Virus record (IMG/VR): IMGVR_UViG_3300033066_001617 | Span: 4,145-68,144 of that record | Reading direction: 5' to 3' (one strand) | Source of the DNA: a virus | Lineage: Duplodnaviria > Caudoviricetes | DNA length: 64,000 nucleotides | Shown: positions 1 to 9,267 of the stretch, one piece after another | How the letters are laid out: the number at the start of each line of letters is the position of its first letter | How positions within the stretch are numbered: position 1 is the stretch's first letter | Position numbers and translations under genes: made by a program | Notes under the pieces: generated by a model | Databases searched by the model: none | What the model saw: only the letters and a program-made list of their open reading frames with translations | What the model was told of the DNA's origin: nothing

Positions 1-2
1 GT

Positions 3-638
3 ACGGTCAATCCGGACGGTACGAATTATCTGAAGGACACAACGGGTAATCGGCGATACTGGCCGATCGAGTGCGGCTCAAAGGCGATCGACATCGACGG
101 ACTGATGGCAGATCGTGACCAGATCTGGGCCGAAGCCCTCTTGCTGTTCCTCAATCACGAAGGGCATTGGATCAGTCCTGATCTTGTCGATCTAGTCGTC
201 CAGCAACAGGGCGATAAGGAGATCACAGACGAAGTGGAGATCCTGGTCGAGAAAGCCATCTGGGCACGGAAGGTAGGCGAAGAGAGCGGCGCCGAGATGT
301 GGGAAGATCTCGATACACCCCGCACTTCGTTCTCGTCTCGTATGCTCACAATCGAGCTATTCCAGACGAATGTTGCCCAGCGTCGTTCCAATGAAGGCGA
401 CCGTATCGTTCGGGCTCTCCTCCGTTTGGGTTTCGTAAAGGATAAGAACAAGACCAGTCCTGGGGATGGTATGCCTCGGGAGCGTCTGTGGCAGCTTCCG
501 AAGGATAAGATCCCGCCCAGGCCTCCTGTGAGCAACGCCGTCAATCAAGCTCGCATGGACCGTGAAAAGCGTGATAAGATTAAGGAAGCCCCGAAAGGAG
601 ATGTGGGTCAGACAGACGCATTGATGACAGGCGTCTAA
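3..638 (+). CDS. C-terminal part of VapE-family (virulence-associated E) primase-helicase, 5'-truncated by the window edge
   Basis: The frame is open from base 3, upstream of the ORF-track ATG at 105. It reads TVNPDGTNYLKDTTGNRRYWPIEC...DRDQIWAEA; DxTGNRRxWP and RDQxWAEA are VapE-type motifs. Confidence 0.8.
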   Translation, partial: TVNPDGTNYLKDTTGNRRYWPIECGSKAIDIDGLMADRDQIWAEALLLFLNHEGHWISPDLVDLVVQQQGDKEITDEVEILVEKAIWARKVGEESGAEMWEDLDTPRTSFSSRMLTIELFQTNVAQRRSNEGDRIVRALLRLGFVKDKNKTSPGDGMPRERLWQLPKDKIPPRPPVSNAVNQARMDREKRDKIKEAPKGDVGQTDALMTGV

Positions 639-687
639 CGCGCGGGCGCGGTACGTTAGTTGCCATGGCGGTAGCGGAGAGATCACA

Positions 688-933
688 ATGTCCCTGACGA
701 AGATACGGGAAGATTCCCATCGTCTTTTGAGACAGACGTTTCCGGAATTGCATTTCAACGTGGAACAGAGTGACAACGCTGTGATGTTCCGCGCTTCCCG
801 TGGCATGAGTTCCATTCTCATAGTCATCACAAACACTGGTCACGTGATGACGACGGCTACCACAGTCTCCCATGAAGAGAACAGTGTGCCGAGCTTTGCG
901 GAAGCTATTTCGCTCATCCGGGTGACGCTGTGA
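688..933 (+). CDS. hypothetical protein
   Basis: 81-aa ORF with GGAGA SD; stop overlaps next start (GTGA). Confidence 0.6.
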   Translation: MSLTKIREDSHRLLRQTFPELHFNVEQSDNAVMFRASRGMSSILIVITNTGHVMTTATTVSHEENSVPSFAEAISLIRVTL

Positions 934-1361
934 ATTTGAAAGAGGCGCTGACCAGCCCAGATCTCCTCGCAGCATTCGATCCGGAAAAGATCCGCCTTTT
1001 CAAGATATGGACGCGCCTGGTCAATTTGACTGCGAGGATGACCACGGTCAACGTCGTCAAAGGTCGCCTGGTCTTCAAAGATATGGAAGCGCCGGGCGGA
1101 TCCTTGGCAATCCTCCTTGCCCCTGGGCGAGATGATTTCCGATGCGGGAAGATTTGGATCACTTATATCTATGGAAATCCTGAACTTCAGATACAGAACG
1201 ACAACGCGGTCTGGGAAGCGAAATCGCCCAAACTGACAATCCACGAACGGATCCAACTTGGAGACTCATACGTCTGTTTCCCTTCACTGGCCCGAGTCTT
1301 CCTTGAGCAAGGCGGTATGGCTGCAGAATCCCATCTTCAATCTGCTATGGGAGTGAAGTGA
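930..1361 (+). CDS. hypothetical protein
   Basis: 143-aa ORF with 4-bp overlaps on both sides. Confidence 0.6.
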   Translation: MNLKEALTSPDLLAAFDPEKIRLFKIWTRLVNLTARMTTVNVVKGRLVFKDMEAPGGSLAILLAPGRDDFRCGKIWITYIYGNPELQIQNDNAVWEAKSPKLTIHERIQLGDSYVCFPSLARVFLEQGGMAAESHLQSAMGVK

Positions 1362-1642
1362 TGGTTTGGGTCTACGTCGTCAGCTATATCCAGACCGAAA
1401 ACAAGTGGGATCGTCAATGGGTCGACTTCTTCGATGATCTCTACGAGGCTGTGAAGGAGACGAATACCAAACAGCACGAAATAGAGAAGACTCTCTATCG
1501 AATTCCCCTCTCTATTCTCCTACGAGCTTTGGCGAAATACTCCCCAGCCGTCGCTAGGGAGTTCGAAATTCGCCATATCTTTGCGACGACTGCAGAAGCT
1601 CAGCCATATCTCGTGGACATGGGGAAGTTCTCCGGATGTTAG
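1358..1642 (+). CDS. hypothetical protein
   Basis: 94-aa ORF in the coupled chain. Confidence 0.55.
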   Translation: MMVWVYVVSYIQTENKWDRQWVDFFDDLYEAVKETNTKQHEIEKTLYRIPLSILLRALAKYSPAVAREFEIRHIFATTAEAQPYLVDMGKFSGC

Positions 1643-2028
1643 ATCCATCCATTCTCCGTCTGGCCGTCGCAGAGAAACTCTTCCTGGTCTCTGGGCCAGA
1701 CATCGGTGCTCAGATGGGGGAACTTCTCGGTCAGTATCCGGGATATTCCGCCGAGGAAATGGACCAGTTTCGTAAGAGCATGACGACGAGGTGGAGGGTC
1801 ATTATCACGACCCTGCTTTCCAATCATGTCCTTTCTAGAGTTTCAGGTGAAGAGGAGCAAGCAAATCTGGCCGAGCTTCTCGGACCTAAGTTTTCCACAG
1901 AAGAAATGACTTTTATCTCTTCCATTATCGTCTCTGGTGTTCTTAAGATCTGTTTGGATCTAGGTCTTGTCAATATCAATATAGAGAAGACACCGGCCCC
2001 ATTAGTCCGGCCGACATCTAACGCCTAG
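1636..2028 (+). CDS. hypothetical protein
   Basis: 130-aa ORF overlapping the previous stop. Confidence 0.55.
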   Translation: MLDPSILRLAVAEKLFLVSGPDIGAQMGELLGQYPGYSAEEMDQFRKSMTTRWRVIITTLLSNHVLSRVSGEEEQANLAELLGPKFSTEEMTFISSIIVSGVLKICLDLGLVNINIEKTPAPLVRPTSNA

Positions 2029-2037
2029 TCGTCCGCT

Positions 2038-2056
2038 ATCCGCCGCCCTACACTAA
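2038..2056 (+). promoter_or_regulatory. repeated early promoter-like element (ATCCGCCGCCCTACACTAA)
   Basis: 18/19 identical to 15079-15097; contains -10-like TACACT; intergenic, just upstream of the ORF at 2085. Confidence 0.6.
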
Positions 2057-2084
2057 CCCCTGCACACTGCGACAGGGGGCTAGG

Positions 2085-2579
2085 GTGACCGAAGAGACTC
2101 CGCAAGGGATTGTGAAGAAGACTTTCGTCTGCCAAGGCCGAATGATCGGCAAGAGCGGGAAAGTTGGAATTGTCTTCCAGGAATACGAGAGCATCGGCGA
2201 TACCAATATCGTCGAGCAACTCATCGGAATCCCGGGTCTCTGGCCGCTGGACAAGGTCACACGTCCGTTTCAATACGGACTGAAGTATCGCTTCGAATGC
2301 AGTCCCGACGGCCACAGCGTCGCTTTCGGTCACAACGAATATCTTGGCCGCTGGTCCAATTCCGAGGACCTCCTGAAGTGGCGCGTCCAGGATCAGTCGG
2401 TCGATACGCTGAAGAGAAAAGCCAAGCTCATAGAAGAGGGCAAAGACGGCGTCGATTTTGCCTCGCTCGACAAGCATCTGGTGGACATCAAACGTGTCTA
2501 CAACGCGACCGACTCCGTCGGCAAGCGGACCATCGAGATCATGATACTGGACTTTCTTCGGAAGGGACAGTTATTTTGA
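2085..2579 (+). CDS. hypothetical protein
   Basis: 164-aa ORF, GTG start after a purine-rich SD. Confidence 0.6.
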   Translation: MTEETPQGIVKKTFVCQGRMIGKSGKVGIVFQEYESIGDTNIVEQLIGIPGLWPLDKVTRPFQYGLKYRFECSPDGHSVAFGHNEYLGRWSNSEDLLKWRVQDQSVDTLKRKAKLIEEGKDGVDFASLDKHLVDIKRVYNATDSVGKRTIEIMILDFLRKGQLF

Positions 2580-2612
2580 TCAATCCGCGCAATATTCCCC
2601 CTTACGGACCAG

Positions 2613-3080
2613 ATGTTCACATACCGTGATCCCGTCACGGGATGGCACACGTCATATGCTGTCGGGAAACTCGAACGATATCTGCCGACCAGTGGGTTGG
2701 AGCCGGCTCGTATTCCGGTAGATAAAGATCTGGCCCGCACCTACGTTCGAGAAAGAAATATTGAGCGACATCGTTTTCATAAGATGACAAATCCACATCA
2801 ATGGACCCCTGTCATAGTGCTCCTTGAGCCCGGTAGTGAAATCAATATGGAACGTGGTTTCCAAAAGACCTCCATTGGCGAGCAGCTTTTCCCAGAAGAT
2901 ATCCCAACGGGACTCCTAGTTGATGGCCATCATCGCTATGTGGTCGCGGCGGCGCTAGGGCTCCAGGAGATTCTGGCCTGGATGGTTCCAGCCAAAATTC
3001 ACAGTCGGTTTGTGATTGACATAGATCAAGCCCAGCAGATCGCCATCATGGCGAAACCGGGATCAGGAGTGAAGGAATGA
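2613..3080 (+). CDS. ParB/sulfiredoxin-like domain protein
   Basis: LLVDGHHRYVVAAALG matches the ParB/Srx DGxHR motif, preceded by PVIV. Confidence 0.6.
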   Translation: MFTYRDPVTGWHTSYAVGKLERYLPTSGLEPARIPVDKDLARTYVRERNIERHRFHKMTNPHQWTPVIVLLEPGSEINMERGFQKTSIGEQLFPEDIPTGLLVDGHHRYVVAAALGLQEILAWMVPAKIHSRFVIDIDQAQQIAIMAKPGSGVKE

Positions 3081-3271
3081 ACCCATCGCTTCTCCACAAG
3101 AGCACCTTCACCAAATATCAGTATCATCTTCGGATGCGTGAGGCCTGCGAATCCGAATTCATCCACGGCAGTATGGATCCCGAAGCTTGTCTCGAAGACT
3201 GGCTTCGGGCGAACGCTGCTATCGCCAAGATTGTCCACACTTCCGGCTCAGTCCAACGTTGGATCGCTTAG
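3077..3271 (+). CDS. hypothetical protein
   Basis: 64-aa ORF with ATGA overlap. Confidence 0.5.
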   Translation: MNPSLLHKSTFTKYQYHLRMREACESEFIHGSMDPEACLEDWLRANAAIAKIVHTSGSVQRWIA

Positions 3272-3281
3272 GGGAATTACC

Positions 3282-4022
3282 ATGATCACCGTACTGAAAG
3301 TCGCCCTGTCCCTCATCTTCGGAGTCATCGTTACGACTCTGTCGTATCTCATCGCGAATTGGCTGGGTCTCTATGACCTGATGACTCTCGACTTGCTCGA
3401 GTTCTTCGCCGTCGCGACGTCCTACTCCTGCACGCTTCTCTGCGTGATCCAGTCCCGTTGGAACTACCCAATCGGCATGATCACGACAGCCGCCTATGTC
3501 GTTCTCTTCTGGAACGCCGGACTACTCGCTTCGAGCGTGCTCAACGCCCTGCTCTCGGTGTACCTGATCTACGGCTGGTTCCGGTGGCGCCCGGATGCAG
3601 TGACACGTCCGGTCACCAAGATCGGCTTTTCTCCCTGGCTCTTGGGCTACGCGGCCATCGTCGCAGTGACGTACTACTTCCTGATGCTCGCTGGGCACAT
3701 CGTCGCTCGCTGGACCGGCACGGAGTTCGCTTTCATCTGGACTGACTCGACCATCTTGGTCGCGACGATCCTTGCCCAACTCTTGATGGACAACAAGCGT
3801 CTGGAGAATTGGGGCATCTGGATCCTGGTCAACATCTTCTCCATCTGGACCTATTCCGAGCAGGGTCTATACATCGTCATGATCCAGTACATACTTTTCA
3901 TCGGGTATGACATCGGCGGCTTCCTCCAGTGGCGCGGGTCAATGCGGCCCAAGGAGTGGAATATGAACACGAGTTTCACGATATCACACAGTGATATCGA
4001 AACCGGCAACTGGAGGAGCTAA
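3282..4022 (+). CDS. pnuC: nicotinamide riboside transporter PnuC
   Basis: Multi-TM protein with WNYPIG, YGWFRW, AQLLMDNKRLENWGIWILVN. Probable start is the ATG at 3282 after GGGGA SD. Confidence 0.85.
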   Translation: MITVLKVALSLIFGVIVTTLSYLIANWLGLYDLMTLDLLEFFAVATSYSCTLLCVIQSRWNYPIGMITTAAYVVLFWNAGLLASSVLNALLSVYLIYGWFRWRPDAVTRPVTKIGFSPWLLGYAAIVAVTYYFLMLAGHIVARWTGTEFAFIWTDSTILVATILAQLLMDNKRLENWGIWILVNIFSIWTYSEQGLYIVMIQYILFIGYDIGGFLQWRGSMRPKEWNMNTSFTISHSDIETGNWRS

Positions 4023-4072
4023 TTTCTCTTTGGGCGACATCTTCGAGCGCTGGGTAGAGAAGGAGCTAACGA

Positions 4073-5152
4073 ATGCGCCGCAACGGCCTGATCCTAATGA
4101 CGGCTCTTCCGCCGACAGTGGGCCATCAGTATCTGATCAACTTCGCCTCGAGATTTCTGACGAACATAGACCCGGCCGGCAGGGTCTATGTCGTCGTCTG
4201 CTCGAGAAGTTTCGAGCCTATCTCAGGAAGACTTCGCTATCTGGCGATCGCTGAGCAGTTTGCCAGTGTCAAGAACGTGCAGGTCGTCCATTGGAAGGAC
4301 GACAATCTGCCGCAGAACCCAGAGGACAATCCTGACTTCTGGAACATCTACCGGAAACTTCTGGAGGAGAATCTGCCAGAAGACATGACAGGCTCATATG
4401 TCTTCGCATCGGAAGAATACGGCCGGGACATCGCCAAACTCATCAACGGCGAATTCATTCCGTGCAACGTCTATCGCGAGACGATCAACATTCATGCGAC
4501 CGAGGTGCGGCGAAATCCTCGTCAGCATTGGATAAGTCTCATGCCAGCATTCCGGAAACACTGGCAAGTTCGTGCAACGATTTTCGGTGCCGAATCCACG
4601 GGCAAGACGACAGTCTCCAAAAGCATCGTCGCCAGTGATCCCAGCCAATTCGTCTATGTCCCGGAATGGGCTCGAGAATATCTCGAGTTGCAGGAGACAC
4701 CAGAGACCACAGATCATCGCATGGAGATGATCGCATATGCTCAAGCGTCGATCGAACTCTGTGCCCAAAATTTGGACAAACCGTTCGTCATTCAAGATAC
4801 TGATCTGCTTTCCACGATCGGTTATTACCAGATCTACTCTAAGGATCTCGCCAAACATGGAGAGTCCTGGGCGAGATGGGCCTTTCGCCCAGCCGATATT
4901 TACTTCGTGATGCCGGACACGATCTCCTTCACGAAAGATCCGCTTCGCTATGGGGGAGATCATCGAGAAAGCGACACGGCTTTCTGGATCAAACTTCTGG
5001 AGGAATACGATTGTCGCTATCACTATGTCAAGAATACTGATCGCAACCGGCAGGTCTATGAGATCCTCGAAGTCCTTGATCAGACCTTCGAGCAGAAGAT
5101 GGATGTGCCAGCCCTGAAGAACTTCACGCGGGAGAAGCCAGCTTCATCCTAG
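4073..5152 (+). CDS. nadR: NadR-like bifunctional NMN adenylyltransferase / ribosylnicotinamide kinase
   Basis: N-terminal PPTVGH (HxGH-like), C-terminal P-loop GAESTGKTT, EWAREYL and QDTD; directly follows pnuC. Confidence 0.85.
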   Translation: MRRNGLILMTALPPTVGHQYLINFASRFLTNIDPAGRVYVVVCSRSFEPISGRLRYLAIAEQFASVKNVQVVHWKDDNLPQNPEDNPDFWNIYRKLLEENLPEDMTGSYVFASEEYGRDIAKLINGEFIPCNVYRETINIHATEVRRNPRQHWISLMPAFRKHWQVRATIFGAESTGKTTVSKSIVASDPSQFVYVPEWAREYLELQETPETTDHRMEMIAYAQASIELCAQNLDKPFVIQDTDLLSTIGYYQIYSKDLAKHGESWARWAFRPADIYFVMPDTISFTKDPLRYGGDHRESDTAFWIKLLEEYDCRYHYVKNTDRNRQVYEILEVLDQTFEQKMDVPALKNFTREKPASS

Positions 5153-5242
5153 GGACCATCGCAGTAGTTTACCTAACAATTCTAAGGGCTTAGGCTAGGC
5201 ATACCGGCCGCATGGGGCGGCGGTATCAAAGGGAACTAAGTC

Positions 5243-5503
5243 ATGCAGATTGTGACATCGCGATCAACAGAAGTGAGAGTCCGTGCCATGACGGCACTGG
5301 CTTCGCTCGATCCGTTCGAGATCGTGAAGGCCAAGATTCTCTCCTCGCCGATGAAGGTAACGGCGATCGCCAACAAGTCCGGAGTTTCCCGCCAGACCAT
5401 CGAGAACTGGCTCAGCGGCCACACGAGGAAGCCGCAGCTCTCGACGATCGAGATGGTCCTCCGCATCCTGGGCTATCGCATCGAGGTGACACGCCTCCAG
5501 TAA
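5243..5503 (+). CDS. XRE-family helix-turn-helix protein
   Basis: TAIANKSGVSRQTIENWLSG...PQLSTIEMVLRILGY is a Cro/CI-type HTH. Confidence 0.8.
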   Translation: MQIVTSRSTEVRVRAMTALASLDPFEIVKAKILSSPMKVTAIANKSGVSRQTIENWLSGHTRKPQLSTIEMVLRILGYRIEVTRLQ

Positions 5504-5549
5504 CGCCGACAAAGGCGGCTGGTTCGCGCCGGCCGCCCAGGAGACTAAT

Positions 5550-6065
5550 ATGGCCGAAATTTTCAAGAGATTCCGTATCTATGCCGGCGGTCCGGAACTT
5601 TGCGATCCGCGCCAGTTCATGGATCAGGAATGCACCACGAACCTCCAGAAGGAGGATATGTGGATCATCGACGATCATGGATATCCATGGATCGCCTATC
5701 AGGGTGATCGCTTTCTTCCGAAACGTGTCTATCGGTGTCATACTCTCACGGAGATGATGCTGTACGATCTCCTTTCGCAAGAGCAGATGGAGATGGTGGC
5801 GAGGATTATCCGCCCTGTCAATCCGTTTGACGTCGATGTACTCGTGACCGATGGAGGGACTTACACATATTCCATTTATACCGGCCAGCATCACCTGAGC
5901 GGTCGGGGAGAGTTTTCCACCTTCAGGGCCGCGATTGATTCTTTCAAATGGGAGTTGCCGGAGCACAGATACCGAATTCTCGAGAAGCGAGATGGCGCAG
6001 AGACAGGTCGCTCCTGGGACCAGTTCGGCAATCTGATCGGGCAGGTGGAGGGCACGCAGAAATGA
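5550..6065 (+). CDS. hypothetical protein
   Basis: 171-aa ORF with GGAG SD. Confidence 0.6.
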   Translation: MAEIFKRFRIYAGGPELCDPRQFMDQECTTNLQKEDMWIIDDHGYPWIAYQGDRFLPKRVYRCHTLTEMMLYDLLSQEQMEMVARIIRPVNPFDVDVLVTDGGTYTYSIYTGQHHLSGRGEFSTFRAAIDSFKWELPEHRYRILEKRDGAETGRSWDQFGNLIGQVEGTQK

Positions 6066-6256
6066 CCGAAGATCCTTTCGGTCCATTCTGCGCCTGTCGT
6101 GGTCTATACAACATGGGCCGCTTCACGACGCTGGAAGATGCTATCGCCTTCTTCCGAGATCGGAAACCGAAGCCGGACGAAGCCTGCTATATCACAAAGA
6201 TCCAGCCCGGCGTCTATCCGATGTGGGAAGCTGATGGGACGGTGATTAGACCATGA
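6062..6256 (+). CDS. hypothetical protein
   Basis: ATG at 6062 overlaps the previous stop; internal start of the track ORF 5948..6256. Confidence 0.5.
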   Translation: MTEDPFGPFCACRGLYNMGRFTTLEDAIAFFRDRKPKPDEACYITKIQPGVYPMWEADGTVIRP

Positions 6257-6669
6257 CTGGTAATCTCTGTGTCCATTATCGTCGTAACCTCGGAGGGAAA
6301 TCCGAAGAGACCTGCGCTGCCGGTCACAAGTATTCTGAGTTCGTCAATCTGTACAAGCCGGGATGGTGGCCTAAACTTCCCTGCAATAAGACACTTCATC
6401 CGGACTTCCCCAAGGCTGCGATTTGTCCTGACTGTCGGTTTCCCACGGCAGACGAGATAAAGAAGGATAACGACGAGTTTTTCGCGCAAGCTGGCCGTAT
6501 GCTTGAGGTACTGTCGGTCCTCAAAGCCGGGAATTATCCCAGGAACTCCAACGGAAGAATTGACTGTCCGATTTGCAAGAGTGTCGGATCTCTTTTCTTC
6601 AGCGTCGCGCACAACGGACATATCGCGGCGAAGTGCGACACGACAGAATGTGTTAACCTGATCGAATAG
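6253..6669 (+). CDS. Cys/His-rich putative zinc-binding protein
   Basis: CPDC, CPIC, HIAAKC...C and further Cys/His residues in 138 aa. Confidence 0.55.
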   Translation: MTGNLCVHYRRNLGGKSEETCAAGHKYSEFVNLYKPGWWPKLPCNKTLHPDFPKAAICPDCRFPTADEIKKDNDEFFAQAGRMLEVLSVLKAGNYPRNSNGRIDCPICKSVGSLFFSVAHNGHIAAKCDTTECVNLIE

Positions 6670-6678
6670 GGGGGAACC

Positions 6679-7242
6679 GTGTCCAATCGTCCTCGTTATT
6701 ACGCCGATGTTCCGGGCTACGTCCGCCCCGAACTTCTGAGATTCGCCGTACTTCTGGAGCGAGAGCTCCGTGTGAACGACGAAGCCAAGGGTTGGGAAGG
6801 TTGGAAGAAAGACCGTCCGAACTCTCTCCTGAAGCGCGTGCATGAGGAACTCGAGGAACTGGACAAGGTCTATCGTGATGACGTAGATCCTCAAGATCCC
6901 AGCTCCGTCGGTGTCCATCGAGACTTGATCGCTGAGGAGGCCAGCGACGTCGGCAATATGCTGATGATGTTTCTCGACGTCCTTGGTATTCTCCCGGAGC
7001 TTCAGTCCTGTTCGCCTCTCGAGAAGGCGAGAAATACGATCCTCAACAGCGTCAAGGACCTCCTGACCCAGGGAGGAATGATGTTCGTGGATCTCGACTC
7101 CTGGGCTCAGACGAAAGAGGGAAATCCCCTTCGAGCATTGGCTCGGGCGTACATCGAACTGACGACGGCGGAAAAAGAAGATGCAGCAAGACGAGAAGCT
7201 CGTGCGGCCGAGAGTGCCGAGCGAGCAGCCCAAGGAGGCTAA
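6679..7242 (+). CDS. MazG-like all-alpha NTP pyrophosphohydrolase domain protein
   Basis: LLKRVHEELEELDK...IAEEASDVGNMLMMFLD fits the ExxE...ExxD metal-binding pattern. Confidence 0.65.
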   Translation: MSNRPRYYADVPGYVRPELLRFAVLLERELRVNDEAKGWEGWKKDRPNSLLKRVHEELEELDKVYRDDVDPQDPSSVGVHRDLIAEEASDVGNMLMMFLDVLGILPELQSCSPLEKARNTILNSVKDLLTQGGMMFVDLDSWAQTKEGNPLRALARAYIELTTAEKEDAARREARAAESAERAAQGG

Positions 7243-7250
7243 TTGAAGTC

Positions 7251-7517
7251 ATGAGATGGTCTGTCAGCACTCGCCCCTTTGTCGGAGGCACGCATACTCT
7301 CTGGTCTGGCAGAGTGAAAATTGGCATTCTCTGGCGGAACTCTACGACCCAGCCTGGGAAGTTCGTCGGTGTCCTGAGTTTGCCAACCTGGAGAGCTCCC
7401 ACCGGAGATCCTTTCCATCGAGATGCAGAACATGATGATTTCGAAGAATGCAAGAAGCTTCTCGAAGCTGCGTTCACGGAATGGTGCCATATGGCTCAAT
7501 TGAGCCGGCCACGGTAG
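7251..7517 (+). CDS. hypothetical protein
   Basis: 88-aa ORF. Confidence 0.5.
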   Translation: MRWSVSTRPFVGGTHTLWSGRVKIGILWRNSTTQPGKFVGVLSLPTWRAPTGDPFHRDAEHDDFEECKKLLEAAFTEWCHMAQLSRPR

Positions 7518-7524
7518 AGCCCGT

Positions 7525-7543
7525 AAACGTGCCAGCACGGGCG
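7525..7543. repeat. dispersed intergenic repeat AAACGTGCCAGYACG(GGCG), copy 1
   Basis: 18/19 identical to 26552-26570; the 15-bp core also matches the reverse complement of 38262-38276 (14/15). Confidence 0.8.
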
Positions 7544-7673
7544 CCCGCGCGGGCCTTATGGCACTACCGCCCGCCCGTGCAAGTGGCCCCATGAGTGTCG
7601 CTATACCCCGCCGTTATGCTCTACCGCCGCCCCGCTACAGCACGCCGCGCGCACGCGGTGGACAATCAAAACC

Positions 7674-7704
7674 TTGGCCAGACGTATCGCCTGCCTTATA
7701 CTAA
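7674..7704 (+). promoter_or_regulatory. sigma70-like promoter TTGGCC-N17-TATACT
   Basis: Exact 17-bp spacing; its 3' part matches the element at 2038 and 15079 (15/19 to the latter); AGGAGG SD and ATG at 7724 follow. Confidence 0.6.
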
Positions 7705-7723
7705 ACCATGCCCAGGAGGAAGC

Positions 7724-7894
7724 ATGGACACGAAGACAGCGTCTCCGATCATACTACGCCAGCTTCTAGCGCAGCGAGAAGAGGCCCTGCAGAAGGTCAG
7801 AGCAGTCCTGACCCAGGAGTGTCACACGGCCGGTTACTCCTTCTTCGATAAGAAGGACCGTATGTTGAAGATAATCGAGGAGGGGCTCAAGTGA
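7724..7894 (+). CDS. hypothetical protein
   Basis: ATG at 7724 after AGGAGG. Confidence 0.55.
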   Translation: MDTKTASPIILRQLLAQREEALQKVRAVLTQECHTAGYSFFDKKDRMLKIIEEGLK

Positions 7895-8154
7895 AGTGGG
7901 GCAATCAACTTCACAAAGATTCCAAGGCGACGAAGAAATGTCTCGTTTCGACTTGCCCGGCGATTTGTCACACGACTGTGCCGATGTGCGAGAAGCACTG
8001 GAATCGAGTTCCTTTGGGTATTCGGAATCGTATCATTTCAAACAGCAGCACAGAAGACATGCTGGACGCACGTCAAGAGGCCGTCGAGCATATTCACAAG
8101 GAGAATATTCGTATCCATCGTATGATGGAAGAGAAAAGGAAGCGTGGAACATGA
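7891..8154 (+). CDS. hypothetical protein (Cys/His motif)
   Basis: CLVSTC...MCEKHW...VP motif; coupled overlaps. Confidence 0.55.
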   Translation: MKWGNQLHKDSKATKKCLVSTCPAICHTTVPMCEKHWNRVPLGIRNRIISNSSTEDMLDARQEAVEHIHKENIRIHRMMEEKRKRGT

Positions 8155-8441
8155 CCTCCTCTTCCACTTACGCTGGAGTCATCAAGTTCTTCCTTCGTTT
8201 CCCAGAGGCGACCTTTGAGCAATATCTCGAGAAGGTTCGTCCCGGTAAGACTTCTGCAACCTTCCGCTCTATCATAGCGATGCAGCAGCTCGGCCTGCTG
8301 ACGTACGAATTTAAGGACGGCGCATACTACGTTCATATCATCAAGGAAGCCCTGACTGGCAAGTATCGAAAAATCGCACTTCAAGCTGAGCTGGATAAGG
8401 AAGCCGGCATTATGCGAGATCTGGAAGGGAATGCCAAATGA
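8151..8441 (+). CDS. hypothetical protein, possible winged helix
   Basis: ATG at 8151 overlaps the previous stop; helix then 'LGLL' then beta-hairpin pattern. Confidence 0.5.
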   Translation: MTSSSTYAGVIKFFLRFPEATFEQYLEKVRPGKTSATFRSIIAMQQLGLLTYEFKDGAYYVHIIKEALTGKYRKIALQAELDKEAGIMRDLEGNAK

Positions 8442-8980
8442 ACATCCAATCCGGAAATCAGGGAATCTTCTGCATTAAGTATGAGTCTTTCGAAGGCTCG
8501 CAGAAAGATATGGGTCCACACGTCTATGTGATCCAACGCCGGAAGATTGATAAAATCCGGGGCAGTGAGTCCGGCAAACTCTTATACCTAAGGTCCAAAG
8601 ACGCCAATAGTCATTTTGAATACTACTTCTCTCTAAAGTCTTTGGAAGCAGTTCAATTCAAATTGGACCAGCCGGAATATCTCGATATCTCATCCACGAT
8701 GTTCGCCTACAGAGGACGACCTCTACCAGAGATCAAACCCAGAACACGGGAACGTGTGCTAGGTTGTTTCTTCCAGATTGACGATCATTACAATGGCCGC
8801 GTCGTCAGTCGTGTCATGAAAGAGATCTATACGGAAATTTTCCCGGAGCTCGAGGGGAATATCAATTCTCCTTGGATCTATCGTAAAATCTTATCCCGTG
8901 CCGAGGCAGAAAAGATCCTGCAGTCTCTCTTCGAAGCGTTCCATAACACTCCAGTCGGAATAAGGGAGCTTCTATCGTGA
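8438..8980 (+). CDS. hypothetical protein
   Basis: 180-aa ORF with ATGA overlap. Confidence 0.6.
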   Translation: MNIQSGNQGIFCIKYESFEGSQKDMGPHVYVIQRRKIDKIRGSESGKLLYLRSKDANSHFEYYFSLKSLEAVQFKLDQPEYLDISSTMFAYRGRPLPEIKPRTRERVLGCFFQIDDHYNGRVVSRVMKEIYTEIFPELEGNINSPWIYRKILSRAEAEKILQSLFEAFHNTPVGIRELLS

Positions 8981-9267
8981 CCGTCCCTCCCATGAGTTAT
9001 GACGAGTTCGTACTGCTCGGCAAGGTGCCGGAGAACGGCCGGCCCTTCCGCATCGGAAACGGCCAGCTCGCTGGACTGACCCACCGGTCGCAGTTCTTCG
9101 AAGATGAGAATCGAGACATCCTTCGTGCCGTGCTCCACGAGCTCGGCCCAGGGACACAGCTCGCAAACGTACTCCACCATGTGATGGAGATGCGGGCCAA
9201 GCGGGGCATTCCAGCTCCGAAGGTCAGCGAAGCCCATCGACTGGAACGTATGGAGGCGGGAATATGA
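8977..9267 (+). CDS. hypothetical protein
   Basis: 96-aa ORF, coupled. Confidence 0.55.
   Translation: MTVPPMSYDEFVLLGKVPENGRPFRIGNGQLAGLTHRSQFFEDENRDILRAVLHELGPGTQLANVLHHVMEMRAKRGIPAPKVSEAHRLERMEAGI

Noticed and set aside
5243-5503. Lysogeny repressor / genetic switch
   Set aside because: It is a small HTH-only gene co-oriented with its neighbours, with no divergent partner and no integrase or att site in the window.
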